From Candidatus Hodarchaeota archaeon (GTDB lineage Archaea > Asgardarchaeota > Lokiarchaeia > Sigyniarchaeales > SOKP01): a stretch of DNA of 61,176 nt. The translations under genes and the position numbers were made by a program. The notes under the pieces are model-generated. The model was not told the origin of the DNA. It searched no databases and worked only from the letters and a program-made list of their open reading frames with translations. Location: the NCBI GenBank assembly GCA_048887145.1, contig JBHLKA010000002.1, forward strand, positions 1 to 61,176, written 5' to 3'. Every line of letters starts with the position of its first letter. The first letter of the stretch is position 1. Shown one piece after another: positions 18,195-27,200 of this stretch.

Positions 18195-18609
18195 AACAAT
18201 CTATCACATTTTTCAAATTTTAATATTCTTATAGCTAAAAAAGGCATAATATCTGATTAATAATCAAATAATTTTGTCGGCATCAATACTCGAGACAAAA
18301 GATTTATTAGTTACATATTAACGTTAATATTTTACCTCTTCTGATATAAAAATTTATTTATCTTTCCAATTTAAACTTAATTTATTAAGCTAATATTTCA
18401 AATTTTCAATATGGTTCTTATCAATTACGAAATATTTCAATCTTTTTCTAACTAAATCGGGGATAATATCTACTTTTTCATTAATAGCATCGAAAATAAA
18501 AAAATGTCGTCCTTAACGATTTTTTAATTTTTTATGAAATTTAAAAAGCAGTAATTATGAATATATTTAAATAAAAAAATATTCAAATCTCTCAAAAAGA
18601 GGATTCTAA

Positions 18610-18939
18610 ATGAAAAATAAATTAGTTAATAAGGATAATATTGAAGCTGTTAAAATTTTAGATGGAGTTTACAGAAAAACTCTTAGTTATAGTGATGATC
18701 TTATGTTGTGTCATTTTTTTCTTCAGAAGGGTTCAGATATACCAATCCATTCTCATAAGGAATATCAAATTGGATATATAATAAGAGGAAAATTAAAGTT
18801 TTTTACAGAAAATGATAATTTTATTGCGAGAGAAGGAGATAGTTATCTATTTAACTCTAATGAAAAACATGGAGCCATTATATTAGAAGATTCAGAAGTT
18901 ATTGATGTTTTTAATCCGTCAAGAGATGATTATAAATAA
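18610..18939 (+). CDS. Cupin domain protein
   Basis: 109 aa. Contains the cupin motifs HSHKEYQIGYIIRGKL and GDSYLFNSNEKHGA. Confidence 0.7.
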   Translation: MKNKLVNKDNIEAVKILDGVYRKTLSYSDDLMLCHFFLQKGSDIPIHSHKEYQIGYIIRGKLKFFTENDNFIAREGDSYLFNSNEKHGAIILEDSEVIDVFNPSRDDYK

Positions 18940-18980
18940 GTTTATTTAAATTTATAAAATAAGAACAGAAAAAGTTTAAT

Positions 18981-19334
18981 TTACCATTGATATACCGCCA
19001 CAACAAAAATAGCAAAGATACTAAATAAGAGTTCTGCGATTACCCAATCAAGGTATAACTTCTTTTTCTGATCTCTATTTTCTTTAATTTTTGATGCTAA
19101 TCCAAAACTAAAGGCTGAGTTAATCCCAGTAAAAATTGTAATTGTGATAGTTGGAGCGTTATATTCTAATTCAATTAAATCTAATATTGAATCCAGTAAA
19201 AACCAACCTCCTAAAAATAGGATTAAAGCAAATAAAAATATCCAACCTGAAAATTGAATGATCTTTTCGAATATTATATCTTCCTTTAATGAGCTATCTA
19301 TAGGTTTTTTTGCTTTTTTCTCAACTTTTGACAT
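18981..19334 (-). CDS. Small membrane protein (hypothetical)
   Basis: 117 aa with three hydrophobic stretches (WIFLFALILFLGGWFLL, ITIFTGINSAFSFGLA, LLFSIFAIFVVAVY). Confidence 0.45.
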   Translation of the reverse strand: MSKVEKKAKKPIDSSLKEDIIFEKIIQFSGWIFLFALILFLGGWFLLDSILDLIELEYNAPTITITIFTGINSAFSFGLASKIKENRDQKKKLYLDWVIAELLFSIFAIFVVAVYQW

Positions 19335-19411
19335 CGTTTCTTACCTATCTCAATATAATTGACTTTAATAATGAATGCTTCTTAATTTTTATTTTTTTCA
19401 ATTAATAATTG

Positions 19412-19900
19412 TTATGGTCTATTTTTAAGTTGTAAAATTGCCTTTGCAATATCTCCGTCACATTCAATCAAGACAGCTTTAGCTTCTTCTTTATCTACAT
19501 TCGTTTGCGCAGCAACAAGCATTATATCATTTTCTGTTATGGTTTCTTTCGCTTCAACTTCATCTGAAGATTCAAGCTGTTCTATTTCTTCCTTTTCTTC
19601 AACCACTAGTTCATCTGGAAGGTATTCTCTTGCTTCCCCTAATACCTGGTAAATTTGTTGACCCATTTGTTTCATAAGAATTACTTCTGGTTGTTCTATT
19701 ACGAGAGTTTTTTCTGTACCTTCAATAATTACTCTAGTAGCTTCAATTTGATCCATATCAATACCTTGTTGCTGCATTCGACGGCGCATTTGTCGTGAAC
19801 CTAATTGACTTCCTTCTCTCTTTTTAACTGGTTGTGGTCTTTTTGGTTTAGTTTTTTCTTTTTTTTGCATTTCTTTAGGTAATTTTACCATTTTAAACAC
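19412..19900 (-). CDS. nac: Nascent polypeptide-associated complex protein (NAC domain plus C-terminal UBA)
   Basis: 162 aa. The NAC core is ATRVIIEGTEKTLVIEQPEVILMKQMGQQIYQVLG. The UBA-like C-terminus is NDIMLVAAQTNVDKEEAKAVLIECDGDIAKAIL. There is a basic N-terminal extension. Confidence 0.85.
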   Translation of the reverse strand: MFKMVKLPKEMQKKEKTKPKRPQPVKKREGSQLGSRQMRRRMQQQGIDMDQIEATRVIIEGTEKTLVIEQPEVILMKQMGQQIYQVLGEAREYLPDELVVEEKEEIEQLESSDEVEAKETITENDIMLVAAQTNVDKEEAKAVLIECDGDIAKAILQLKNRP

Positions 19901-19941
19901 AGCTTCTACTTTTTATTTAATAATATATAATTAAAAGAACT

Positions 19942-20433
19942 TTAATTTTTTGATTTATCAATTCCTCTTCTAACATTTACACCAATTCCTCTCTTAAAAC
20001 TTCTTAAATAGGGAACAGGAAACATTAGTTTACCTATTGCTAATAACTCATCCTTTTGATTTACAACAATAACTTCATCTAAGGCTCTTAAATTATCATC
20101 AATATCTATAATGTGCTTACAAAACACATTCCTACCCTTTTTTATGAAATCTGATATTTCATCCTCAACAATAACACGTAATATTGGTTTAGGGACACTT
20201 TTAATAATCTTTTTTGCGGAAAATAAGCTTAAGGTAAAGAAACCATTAGTAGGTCTAAAATTCAATAACAAATTCTCTTGATAATAAATATGTCTCATAC
20301 GCCCAGTATTTTTGGAAAATTCAATATGTATATCTTTATCACTATCAAATAAAACATCAGTTATTAGAGGTCCAAATTGGTAATCACAAATGGCTTTTAT
20401 TTTTCTTAATGTTAATAACAATCCTTGTTCCAT
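19942..20433 (-). CDS. PUA-domain RNA-binding protein (ArcTGT C-terminal-like)
   Basis: 163 aa. Contains an AICDYQFG pre-PUA motif and the C-terminal PUA-like sequence DEVIVVNQKDELLAIGKL...GIGVNVRRG. Confidence 0.6.
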   Translation of the reverse strand: MEQGLLLTLRKIKAICDYQFGPLITDVLFDSDKDIHIEFSKNTGRMRHIYYQENLLLNFRPTNGFFTLSLFSAKKIIKSVPKPILRVIVEDEISDFIKKGRNVFCKHIIDIDDNLRALDEVIVVNQKDELLAIGKLMFPVPYLRSFKRGIGVNVRRGIDKSKN

Positions 20434-20524
20434 GATGATTTAAAAAAAATCTTCGATTTAAAAATAATCTGATAAATTATTTATTATTACATAATAGAAG
20501 TCTGCAAAGAATAAGATATTTTCT

Positions 20525-21733
20525 TTAGGAATAAAGTCTAGATTCAATTGCCTTTTCCTTAACTTTATGCATTACTTTTTCAATTGCTTTAATAAAATCA
20601 TCCTGTATTATAATCTCTGCGTCTTTTCTGATTGCGAACATTCCTGCTTCAGTACAAATAGCTTTTATATCTGCTCCAGTTGTACCCACTGTTAATTCTA
20701 CTAATTTTCTTATATTAATCTTTTCTTCAGTGTTTAAGGTTCTCATATGAATTTGGAATATTGCTTTCCTTGCTACCTCATCGGGTATAGGAAATTCAAT
20801 CATTCGGTCAAATCTGCCTGGTCTTAACAGAGCAGGATCTAAAATGTCAACTCTATTCGTTGCTCCGATTATTTTTACATCTCCTCTTTGCTCAAAGCCA
20901 TCCAACTCACTCAATAACTGCATTAAGGTTCTTTGAACCTCTCTATCACCGGAAGTTGCTATTTTCAGTCTTTGAGATCCTATAGCATCCAATTCATCAA
21001 TGAACAATATTGTTGGGGATTTACTTTTTGCTAAATTGAATATTTCTCTTACTAATCTAGCTCCTTCACCAATAAATTTTTGTACCAATTCAGATCCGAT
21101 AATCCTAATAAAAGTTGCTTCTGTTTCATGAGCAACTGCTTTTGCAACTAAGGTTTTACCGGTACCAGGAGGACCATATAATAATACACCTTTAGGAGGC
21201 TCTATTCCAACTTTCTTAAATAGATCAGGTTTAAGGAGTGGTAATTCAACGGTTTCTCTTACTTCTTGTAATTGTTGATCTAAACCACCTACATCTTGAT
21301 AAGAAATATCAGGAATAGAATCAACAACTTCCATACCTTTAACAAACGGATCTAATTTTGTAGGTAATACTTCCATAATTGCGAAAGTCCTTTGATTTAA
21401 AGCTACTCTCATTCCTGGATTTAATTTTTCATTTTTTACTTTCCTACTCATATTGACTACAAAACTAGGTCCTGTTGAACTCTTTACTATTGCTCGTCCT
21501 TTCTCATCTAATAAATCTATAATAGTTGCAGATACTAAAGGGGGTTCTCTTAAGCGATCAATCTCGTTTCTTAAACTATGCAATTCTTGTTCTAATCGTA
21601 TTCTTTCAGCGTCTAATAATTGCTTTTCAGTCTCTAAATTACGAAGTCTTTTTTCTAAATGCCTAGTATAAGTTATTAAATATTCTCCATCTTTAGTTTC
21701 TTCTTTTTTTCTTCTTTCTTTAGTTGTGGTCAA
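20525..21733 (-). CDS. pan: Proteasome-activating nucleotidase (AAA+ ATPase, Rpt homolog)
   Basis: 402 aa. Has an N-terminal coiled coil, an OB region, Walker A GPPGTGKT and Walker B ILFIDELD. The C-terminal LYS fits the HbYX-type proteasome-docking tail. Confidence 0.92.
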   Translation of the reverse strand: MTTTKERRKKEETKDGEYLITYTRHLEKRLRNLETEKQLLDAERIRLEQELHSLRNEIDRLREPPLVSATIIDLLDEKGRAIVKSSTGPSFVVNMSRKVKNEKLNPGMRVALNQRTFAIMEVLPTKLDPFVKGMEVVDSIPDISYQDVGGLDQQLQEVRETVELPLLKPDLFKKVGIEPPKGVLLYGPPGTGKTLVAKAVAHETEATFIRIIGSELVQKFIGEGARLVREIFNLAKSKSPTILFIDELDAIGSQRLKIATSGDREVQRTLMQLLSELDGFEQRGDVKIIGATNRVDILDPALLRPGRFDRMIEFPIPDEVARKAIFQIHMRTLNTEEKINIRKLVELTVGTTGADIKAICTEAGMFAIRKDAEIIIQDDFIKAIEKVMHKVKEKAIESRLYS

Positions 21734-21975
21734 AAAGCAAAATACCCCTTTATGATTGTTTTAATTTTATAGATGATTAGTTAATTTTATTATAACCATT
21801 TATTCATTTAAATTTAAGGTAATACCGATATATCATAAAAATGTCGTTTTCTAAAAAATTTATGGGTTATATTTTATAATGAATTACACTTTAAAACCAA
21901 AAATTATAAGAGGTCTGAAACCAATTTTATTCATATAAAAATCTCCTCAATTAAATAAGAGGCTAAATTGATAAT

Positions 21976-22503
21976 ATGACAAAAAAAGGATTTAACAATC
22001 TCGATAAAGAATGCCCTATTTGCGGAAGTATAATTTGGGGGAAGGGAGTCAAAGTTTTAATAGAAGGAGCTAAAATTACTGTATGTCAAGCATGCGCAAA
22101 ACATGGAGAAAAAATATTTATCCCTCAAATAAGTAAACCTAAACAAACAAAATCTTTGCAAACAAAAAGGACTTTTAAAAAGTTAGAGTTCGACGACGGT
22201 TTAGAAATCATTAGCGATTATTCCCATAAAATAAGGAAAGTAAGGCAATCTTTAAGCTTGAATCAAGATCAATTTGCACAAAAACTTAATGAAAAACCTT
22301 CATTACTAAGGAGGATTGAAGCTGGTAAAGTTGAACCCACAATAAAATTAGCAAAGAAAATTGAAAGGTTTTACAACATTAAACTATTAAAAAAAATAGA
22401 CGAATCAGAAGCAAATGTGCCGACTGATAGATTTATAAAAAGATCAACAGGTACATCCTTAGGTGATATAGCCTTTATTAAAAAAAAAGATAAAAAATCA
22501 TAA
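21976..22503 (+). CDS. mbf1: Multiprotein bridging factor 1 (zinc ribbon plus HTH-XRE)
   Basis: 175 aa. The zinc ribbon is CPICG...CQAC. The HTH is IRKVRQSLSLNQDQFAQKLNEKPSLLRRIEAGKVEPT. Confidence 0.85.
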   Translation: MTKKGFNNLDKECPICGSIIWGKGVKVLIEGAKITVCQACAKHGEKIFIPQISKPKQTKSLQTKRTFKKLEFDDGLEIISDYSHKIRKVRQSLSLNQDQFAQKLNEKPSLLRRIEAGKVEPTIKLAKKIERFYNIKLLKKIDESEANVPTDRFIKRSTGTSLGDIAFIKKKDKKS

Positions 22504-22526
22504 TCTTCTGTGTTTAATTCTTTAAT

Positions 22527-24581
22527 TTATTCCTTTTTCGATATCAAAATCTTTGCAGAATTATATGCACCTGAAAATCCCAATTCTTCTGGTCTATTAG
22601 AAGTAAAGATATTAACATTTACACTTTTTTCCAAACCTAATGGTGATCCAGAATATATTAAGGCGACACCTGAATTTAAGGTATTATTTTCTTCTAAAAA
22701 ATAAGTAGCAGATCCAAGATCATTTGAGACTAAAACTTTTTCACCTATTTTAAATCCTAATTTCTCAATATCCAAAGAGCATAAAAAAATTTTTTTAAAA
22801 ACGTCCAAGTATTCTCGATGCAGTTGACCAAATTGAGAATGAATATAGTATTTATGAGATGGTGTTATTAGTAAAAATTCATTTTTTTTACATTTTAAAC
22901 GATCTTCTAATCTTTCTTTTCCAAAATCAAACTTGATACTATGGATTTGTATTCGACCATTAGGTGTAGGAAAATGGAGTGTCTTAAAAGGAACAGTATT
23001 TTGATCAAATAGTAGATAATAACCTTTATCCTCAACCCTTTTTTGTATTTCGAGAGGTAATAGTGCTAAACATTTATTATAGAGAGAATTTTCATCCTCA
23101 TAAAAAATCGGGTCATTCTTAAATCCGATTTTAGATGAAAGGCGTCGGAAAAATTCATAATTAGATACACAATCCTGATAAGGACAGGGTCCTCCCTGAT
23201 TAATGGATATTCCAGGAATATAATAAGGAGTAATTAAATCATTTGTCTCGAGATCGAATTTTGAAGGAATAACTATATTTGCATACTTAGTTGTTTCATT
23301 TAAAAAGCATTCTAATACAACGACGAATAGATCCTTTCTCATTAACGCATTAATAATCAGCTTTTGATGAGGAAGTGAACTTGCTGGATTAAAATTGTAT
23401 ATAAAAACCATTTTATATTTATCAGAAGATAAAGTGGTACCTAATTTAATTAAATCAGTTTCAACTATATTTGAATCTGGAGTTTTTTGTGTAATATAAT
23501 CCAATAGATGGACTATCAATTGATTATTAAAATCGCTTTGTGAGTAAATCAAACCCGAGCCAGGAATCCCAAAATTTCCAAGGATAATTTGAATTAAAGC
23601 AATTGACTGGACTATTCTACCACCATAAAAATCTTTTTGAACTCCATAACCTACATTAAAAATAGTATGATGTTTAAACTCTATTAATAATTTTATAATA
23701 CTATTAATGCTATCATGATTTATTTCTAACAATTCTCTAATTTTTTCTTCATTTAGTTTCAAAGCTTGCGATAAAATCTGTTCATATCCATCAACATAAT
23801 TAGATAAAAACTCATTATCTATGCACCTTGCCTGTATTAAACCCTTAACAATTAGATTAGCCAACATGTGATCTGTACCAGGTTTAGTATAAATAAAAAG
23901 ATCAGCTTTCTGTCCAATCTCAGTTTTACGAGAATCAACTACAATTAACTTTACTCCTCTTTTTTGAGCTTGTTTTATTAAGTGATATGCATGAACATTT
24001 CTATTGGAAAGATCACTTCCCCATACAAAAATTAATTTTAAAGCGGGATTATTTAATTGAAAAGGATTAGTCGTAGAATAGGTACCAAAAAGTTGAGTCA
24101 AGCCTGCGCATCCTCCTTCATTACAAATACCACCAGTGGTGATTGAACTTCCTAATTTTACAGCAAATCTTAATGGAGCAAATCTTGAGATCAAACCGTA
24201 ATTTCCAGAATTAAAGGCTAAAAGGATAGATTTCGGTCCAAATCTATGATTAATATGTAATATCTTTTCTGCGATTATCTCTAGTGCGTTCTCGAGATCA
24301 ATAACGCTGAATCGATTAATACCTTTACTATCATCACGAATTAAAGGTTTCTTAATTCTCTGCGGATGATAAATCATTCTTTCTCTTTGATTATATTTAG
24401 CACAGAAAAAACCTTTCGTAAATTGATGCTGTTTTAAAGGTTTCGCTGATTTAAATTTAAATTCCGAAGCTTCATCTTCCCAATACCCCAAAAACACACA
24501 TGAACCATAACAATCTTTTGAACAAGTCCCAAATCTTACTTTTTTCGATCTTTCTCCATTTAATATCATAAGAACACCCAA
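22527..24581 (-). CDS. Molybdopterin oxidoreductase family protein (MopB), cytoplasmic, stand-alone
   Basis: 684 aa. Has the N-terminal FeS motif CSKDCYGSCVF. Length and conserved blocks are typical of bis-MGD enzymes. No Tat signal and no adjacent ferredoxin subunit were seen. Confidence 0.8.
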   Translation of the reverse strand: MGVLMILNGERSKKVRFGTCSKDCYGSCVFLGYWEDEASEFKFKSAKPLKQHQFTKGFFCAKYNQRERMIYHPQRIKKPLIRDDSKGINRFSVIDLENALEIIAEKILHINHRFGPKSILLAFNSGNYGLISRFAPLRFAVKLGSSITTGGICNEGGCAGLTQLFGTYSTTNPFQLNNPALKLIFVWGSDLSNRNVHAYHLIKQAQKRGVKLIVVDSRKTEIGQKADLFIYTKPGTDHMLANLIVKGLIQARCIDNEFLSNYVDGYEQILSQALKLNEEKIRELLEINHDSINSIIKLLIEFKHHTIFNVGYGVQKDFYGGRIVQSIALIQIILGNFGIPGSGLIYSQSDFNNQLIVHLLDYITQKTPDSNIVETDLIKLGTTLSSDKYKMVFIYNFNPASSLPHQKLIINALMRKDLFVVVLECFLNETTKYANIVIPSKFDLETNDLITPYYIPGISINQGGPCPYQDCVSNYEFFRRLSSKIGFKNDPIFYEDENSLYNKCLALLPLEIQKRVEDKGYYLLFDQNTVPFKTLHFPTPNGRIQIHSIKFDFGKERLEDRLKCKKNEFLLITPSHKYYIHSQFGQLHREYLDVFKKIFLCSLDIEKLGFKIGEKVLVSNDLGSATYFLEENNTLNSGVALIYSGSPLGLEKSVNVNIFTSNRPEELGFSGAYNSAKILISKKE

Positions 24582-24655
24582 ATTATTTTAAGTTTCAATT
24601 TGAATAGTGTATTTTTAAAAAATTTTTGAAAAAATAAATCTTAAGATATGATTTA

Positions 24656-25285
24656 TTACTTTTTTTCAGTAATTTTGAAATGACTTTTTCCAATACGAAC
24701 GATTTTTTCTCTCAAAAACTGAATTAATTTCTCATTTTCTTGAGCTTCTAGGGGTTCACCGCAATCTGGGCAACGAAAATTATGCTCAAAAGCGTCTTCA
24801 AAATTATATTTCGTACGAGGCACTTGACAATTATTACAAATAAAAAAATAATTATTTTCTTCAAACTGTAATCTATCTCTTAATTTTCTCTCCAACAATT
24901 TCTTTTTTTCCATTAAAATTTCATCAAGCAAATCAAATTCGTGCCACCAATAATATATAAACCAACCAGTAGATTTATCCCTAATCCTTCTAAATTGAGC
25001 TAGTTTTTCACTGTATAATTTATAGAGAGTTTTCCGCACAGTATTTAATTTTAAAATTTCAGTATCATCTGGTTCAAAATCTACATCTCTCTCTTCTTTT
25101 TGTATCCTTTCTTTGATATTTTCTGTAATATCTTCATCTGTAATATCTTGATTTTCTGAATTTAATAATTCAATTCCAACTTCAATTGCTATATCGCCCC
25201 CAATGATGTATAAAAAGGATCTTAATAGTGAATTTAGTTCTTTCAAGGCTTTTCCTTCTAATAGATTTTTCTTTTTTTGATTCAA
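24656..25285 (-). CDS. tfe: Transcription factor E (TFE alpha / TFIIE-alpha homolog)
   Basis: 209 aa. Winged-helix region: VRKTLYKLYSEKLAQFRRIRDKSTGWFIYYW. Zinc ribbon: CNNC...CPDCG. An acidic insertion lies within the winged-helix region. Confidence 0.75.
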   Translation of the reverse strand: MNQKKKNLLEGKALKELNSLLRSFLYIIGGDIAIEVGIELLNSENQDITDEDITENIKERIQKEERDVDFEPDDTEILKLNTVRKTLYKLYSEKLAQFRRIRDKSTGWFIYYWWHEFDLLDEILMEKKKLLERKLRDRLQFEENNYFFICNNCQVPRTKYNFEDAFEHNFRCPDCGEPLEAQENEKLIQFLREKIVRIGKSHFKITEKK

Positions 25286-25340
25286 ATAAATCTAATATAA
25301 AAATTAAATTTTTTTAAAATAATATTGAATAAGATCAATC

Positions 25341-26129
25341 TTAAACAACAATATCATACTGATTTTCAATTATTTCACCATCTATATCCACAGAACGTAA
25401 AAGTTTTCCACTTCTTATAGCCATAATCCTCATTAATTTCGAATCTTTTATATCTTTTGGAAGTTCTATATCTTTAATTTTGTAGTTGTTTGAAATTATA
25501 ATTGCTTTCCATTTTTCAGGTAGCACAGACTTAAAGTCTGGGATAACATGTTCTATAACTGTATTTAAATTTTGATTAGTATTATTTATATAACCTGTAC
25601 TAAATTGAATTCTTTTATTAACGTCATCCTCTTCTACTTTTTTCTTTGAGGGTTGGGGAATGTTATTTTTGGTCGTAACTTTACAATTAGGATTAATATT
25701 AAACGATATTAAAAAATAACTATTCATTCTAAGAGCTTCAATAATCTCTAACAAAGATTCTTTTTTTATTATATCATTAACTTCGGTAGTATAATTTTTT
25801 ATTTGCCCAGTCGACCTTTTTAAATCCCAATTTAATCCCAAATTAGATAACAATTCACTAATATCGCTACCTGTAATTAGTTTACCTTTTATTTCAATAT
25901 CTTGATTTAACTTAGATATTGATCTAGTAACAAGTTCTAAAATCAAATCCTCATATTCATGAGATCCTTTTAGGGTAATTTTTGCGCTAGTTTTTGAAAT
26001 CTTTAATGCTGGACCTATAAAGGAACCTCTAGAATACCTATAAAAATGACGGTGAACATTCATGTAATTCTTAGCAGGATCGGATAAAATAGGTGTACCA
26101 ATTAATTGTTTTAGAAAATGCATTTTCAA
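25341..26129 (-). CDS. Hypothetical protein, directly upstream of and co-oriented with tfe
   Basis: 262-aa ORF ending 55 bp upstream of the tfe start. No family was recognised. Confidence 0.5.
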   Translation of the reverse strand: MKMHFLKQLIGTPILSDPAKNYMNVHRHFYRYSRGSFIGPALKISKTSAKITLKGSHEYEDLILELVTRSISKLNQDIEIKGKLITGSDISELLSNLGLNWDLKRSTGQIKNYTTEVNDIIKKESLLEIIEALRMNSYFLISFNINPNCKVTTKNNIPQPSKKKVEEDDVNKRIQFSTGYINNTNQNLNTVIEHVIPDFKSVLPEKWKAIIISNNYKIKDIELPKDIKDSKLMRIMAIRSGKLLRSVDIDGEIIENQYDIVV

Positions 26130-26298
26130 TCCTTATTATGGGATAGATTATCTAATATTAATTATATAAAGAGATTATATCTTTAAATTTTAAGGTTAAT
26201 ATTTAAAATCTTCTTAAGTTAGAGAAATTTAATTCGAAATCTTGAAAAAATTAAAAAAAAATAAAAAATTTGATATAACAAATTTATAAATATTTTTA

Positions 26299-26535
26299 TT
26301 GATACTAATGCTTTTTACAATTTTTCTAGCCAATCAATTTGAAGTGCCTTCATTACCATTATGGATTTTAGCATGGGTTTTTCTTATAATCGGATTAATT
26401 GCTTTAACGATCTTAATAGTATACACTAAATATGGCAGAGAAATATCAATTAAGCTTTCAGTACTCGCAATTATTATCACAGCTGTTTTTTTAGGTTTTG
26501 CCACTCATTTCTTCCTCCTCAATTTCGGAATCTAA
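26299..26535 (+). CDS. Small membrane protein (hypothetical)
   Basis: 78 aa, TTG start, with two to three hydrophobic helices. Confidence 0.35.
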   Translation: MILMLFTIFLANQFEVPSLPLWILAWVFLIIGLIALTILIVYTKYGREISIKLSVLAIIITAVFLGFATHFFLLNFGI

Positions 26536-26701
26536 AAATCTGTAAATAGTTTTTTCCTTATAGATTTTGAAAAATCTGCCTATTTTTTGAAAAAATTTTT
26601 TAAATAAGATCTCTAAAATAATTTGTTAATATTTAAAAAAGAAGAAAGCTATTCTTCTTTTAATCTATCTATAACTTAAACTATATTTGTGAGAAAACAA
26701 A

Positions 26702-27145
26702 ATGTTATTTCAAGGAAATGAAACATTAATTTTTATACTAGGGTTGATTTTAGGTACAATAGTTGTCGCATTAATAATGTTTATTTCAGTTCTTATCGTT
26801 GTTTCTAAAACTAAGGCCTCTGATAAGAAATTTTTAATTCTACTTCTAGCCTTCATCGGGGTTTTAGTTATACCGATAATAGTCAATGCAATAATGTATG
26901 TTTTAAATATTATTGGAGATGGTCTAGCACAGATTAGAAATGCAATCTCCGGTACAGGAGGACAAAACTTCCTAACCAATTTTGGTCCGATTATTTTCTT
27001 CTTACTACTTTTAGTATTAACAAAATTTTTACTTGATGTAACCTGGGATCAATCGTTATGGATTTCATTGTTAACATTATTTATACTGTATATTATTTTC
27101 TCTTTAGTACCAGAATTATACAATCTTGTTCCATTCGGGGCTTAA
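26702..27145 (+). CDS. Membrane protein (hypothetical)
   Basis: 147 aa with four hydrophobic segments. Confidence 0.5.
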   Translation: MLFQGNETLIFILGLILGTIVVALIMFISVLIVVSKTKASDKKFLILLLAFIGVLVIPIIVNAIMYVLNIIGDGLAQIRNAISGTGGQNFLTNFGPIIFFLLLLVLTKFLLDVTWDQSLWISLLTLFILYIIFSLVPELYNLVPFGA

Positions 27146-27200
27146 GTAAAATAAGATATTAAAAATTAATTACAATTTTTTTTAATTTTTTAAAAATAAA

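Noticed and set aside
6811-22704. Other internal antisense ORFs (6811..7011, 8711..8947, 10173..10367, 15216..15452, 21453..21671, 22510..22704)
   Set aside because: Each lies inside, or overlaps the 3' end of, a well-supported gene on the other strand (SCP2, ilvE, panB, mfnA, pan, MopB). None has a recognisable motif.
26710-26979. 89-aa minus-strand ORF
   Set aside because: It is antisense to the 147-aa membrane protein ORF 26702..27145. The plus-strand product has coherent transmembrane segments, whereas the minus-strand product does not.
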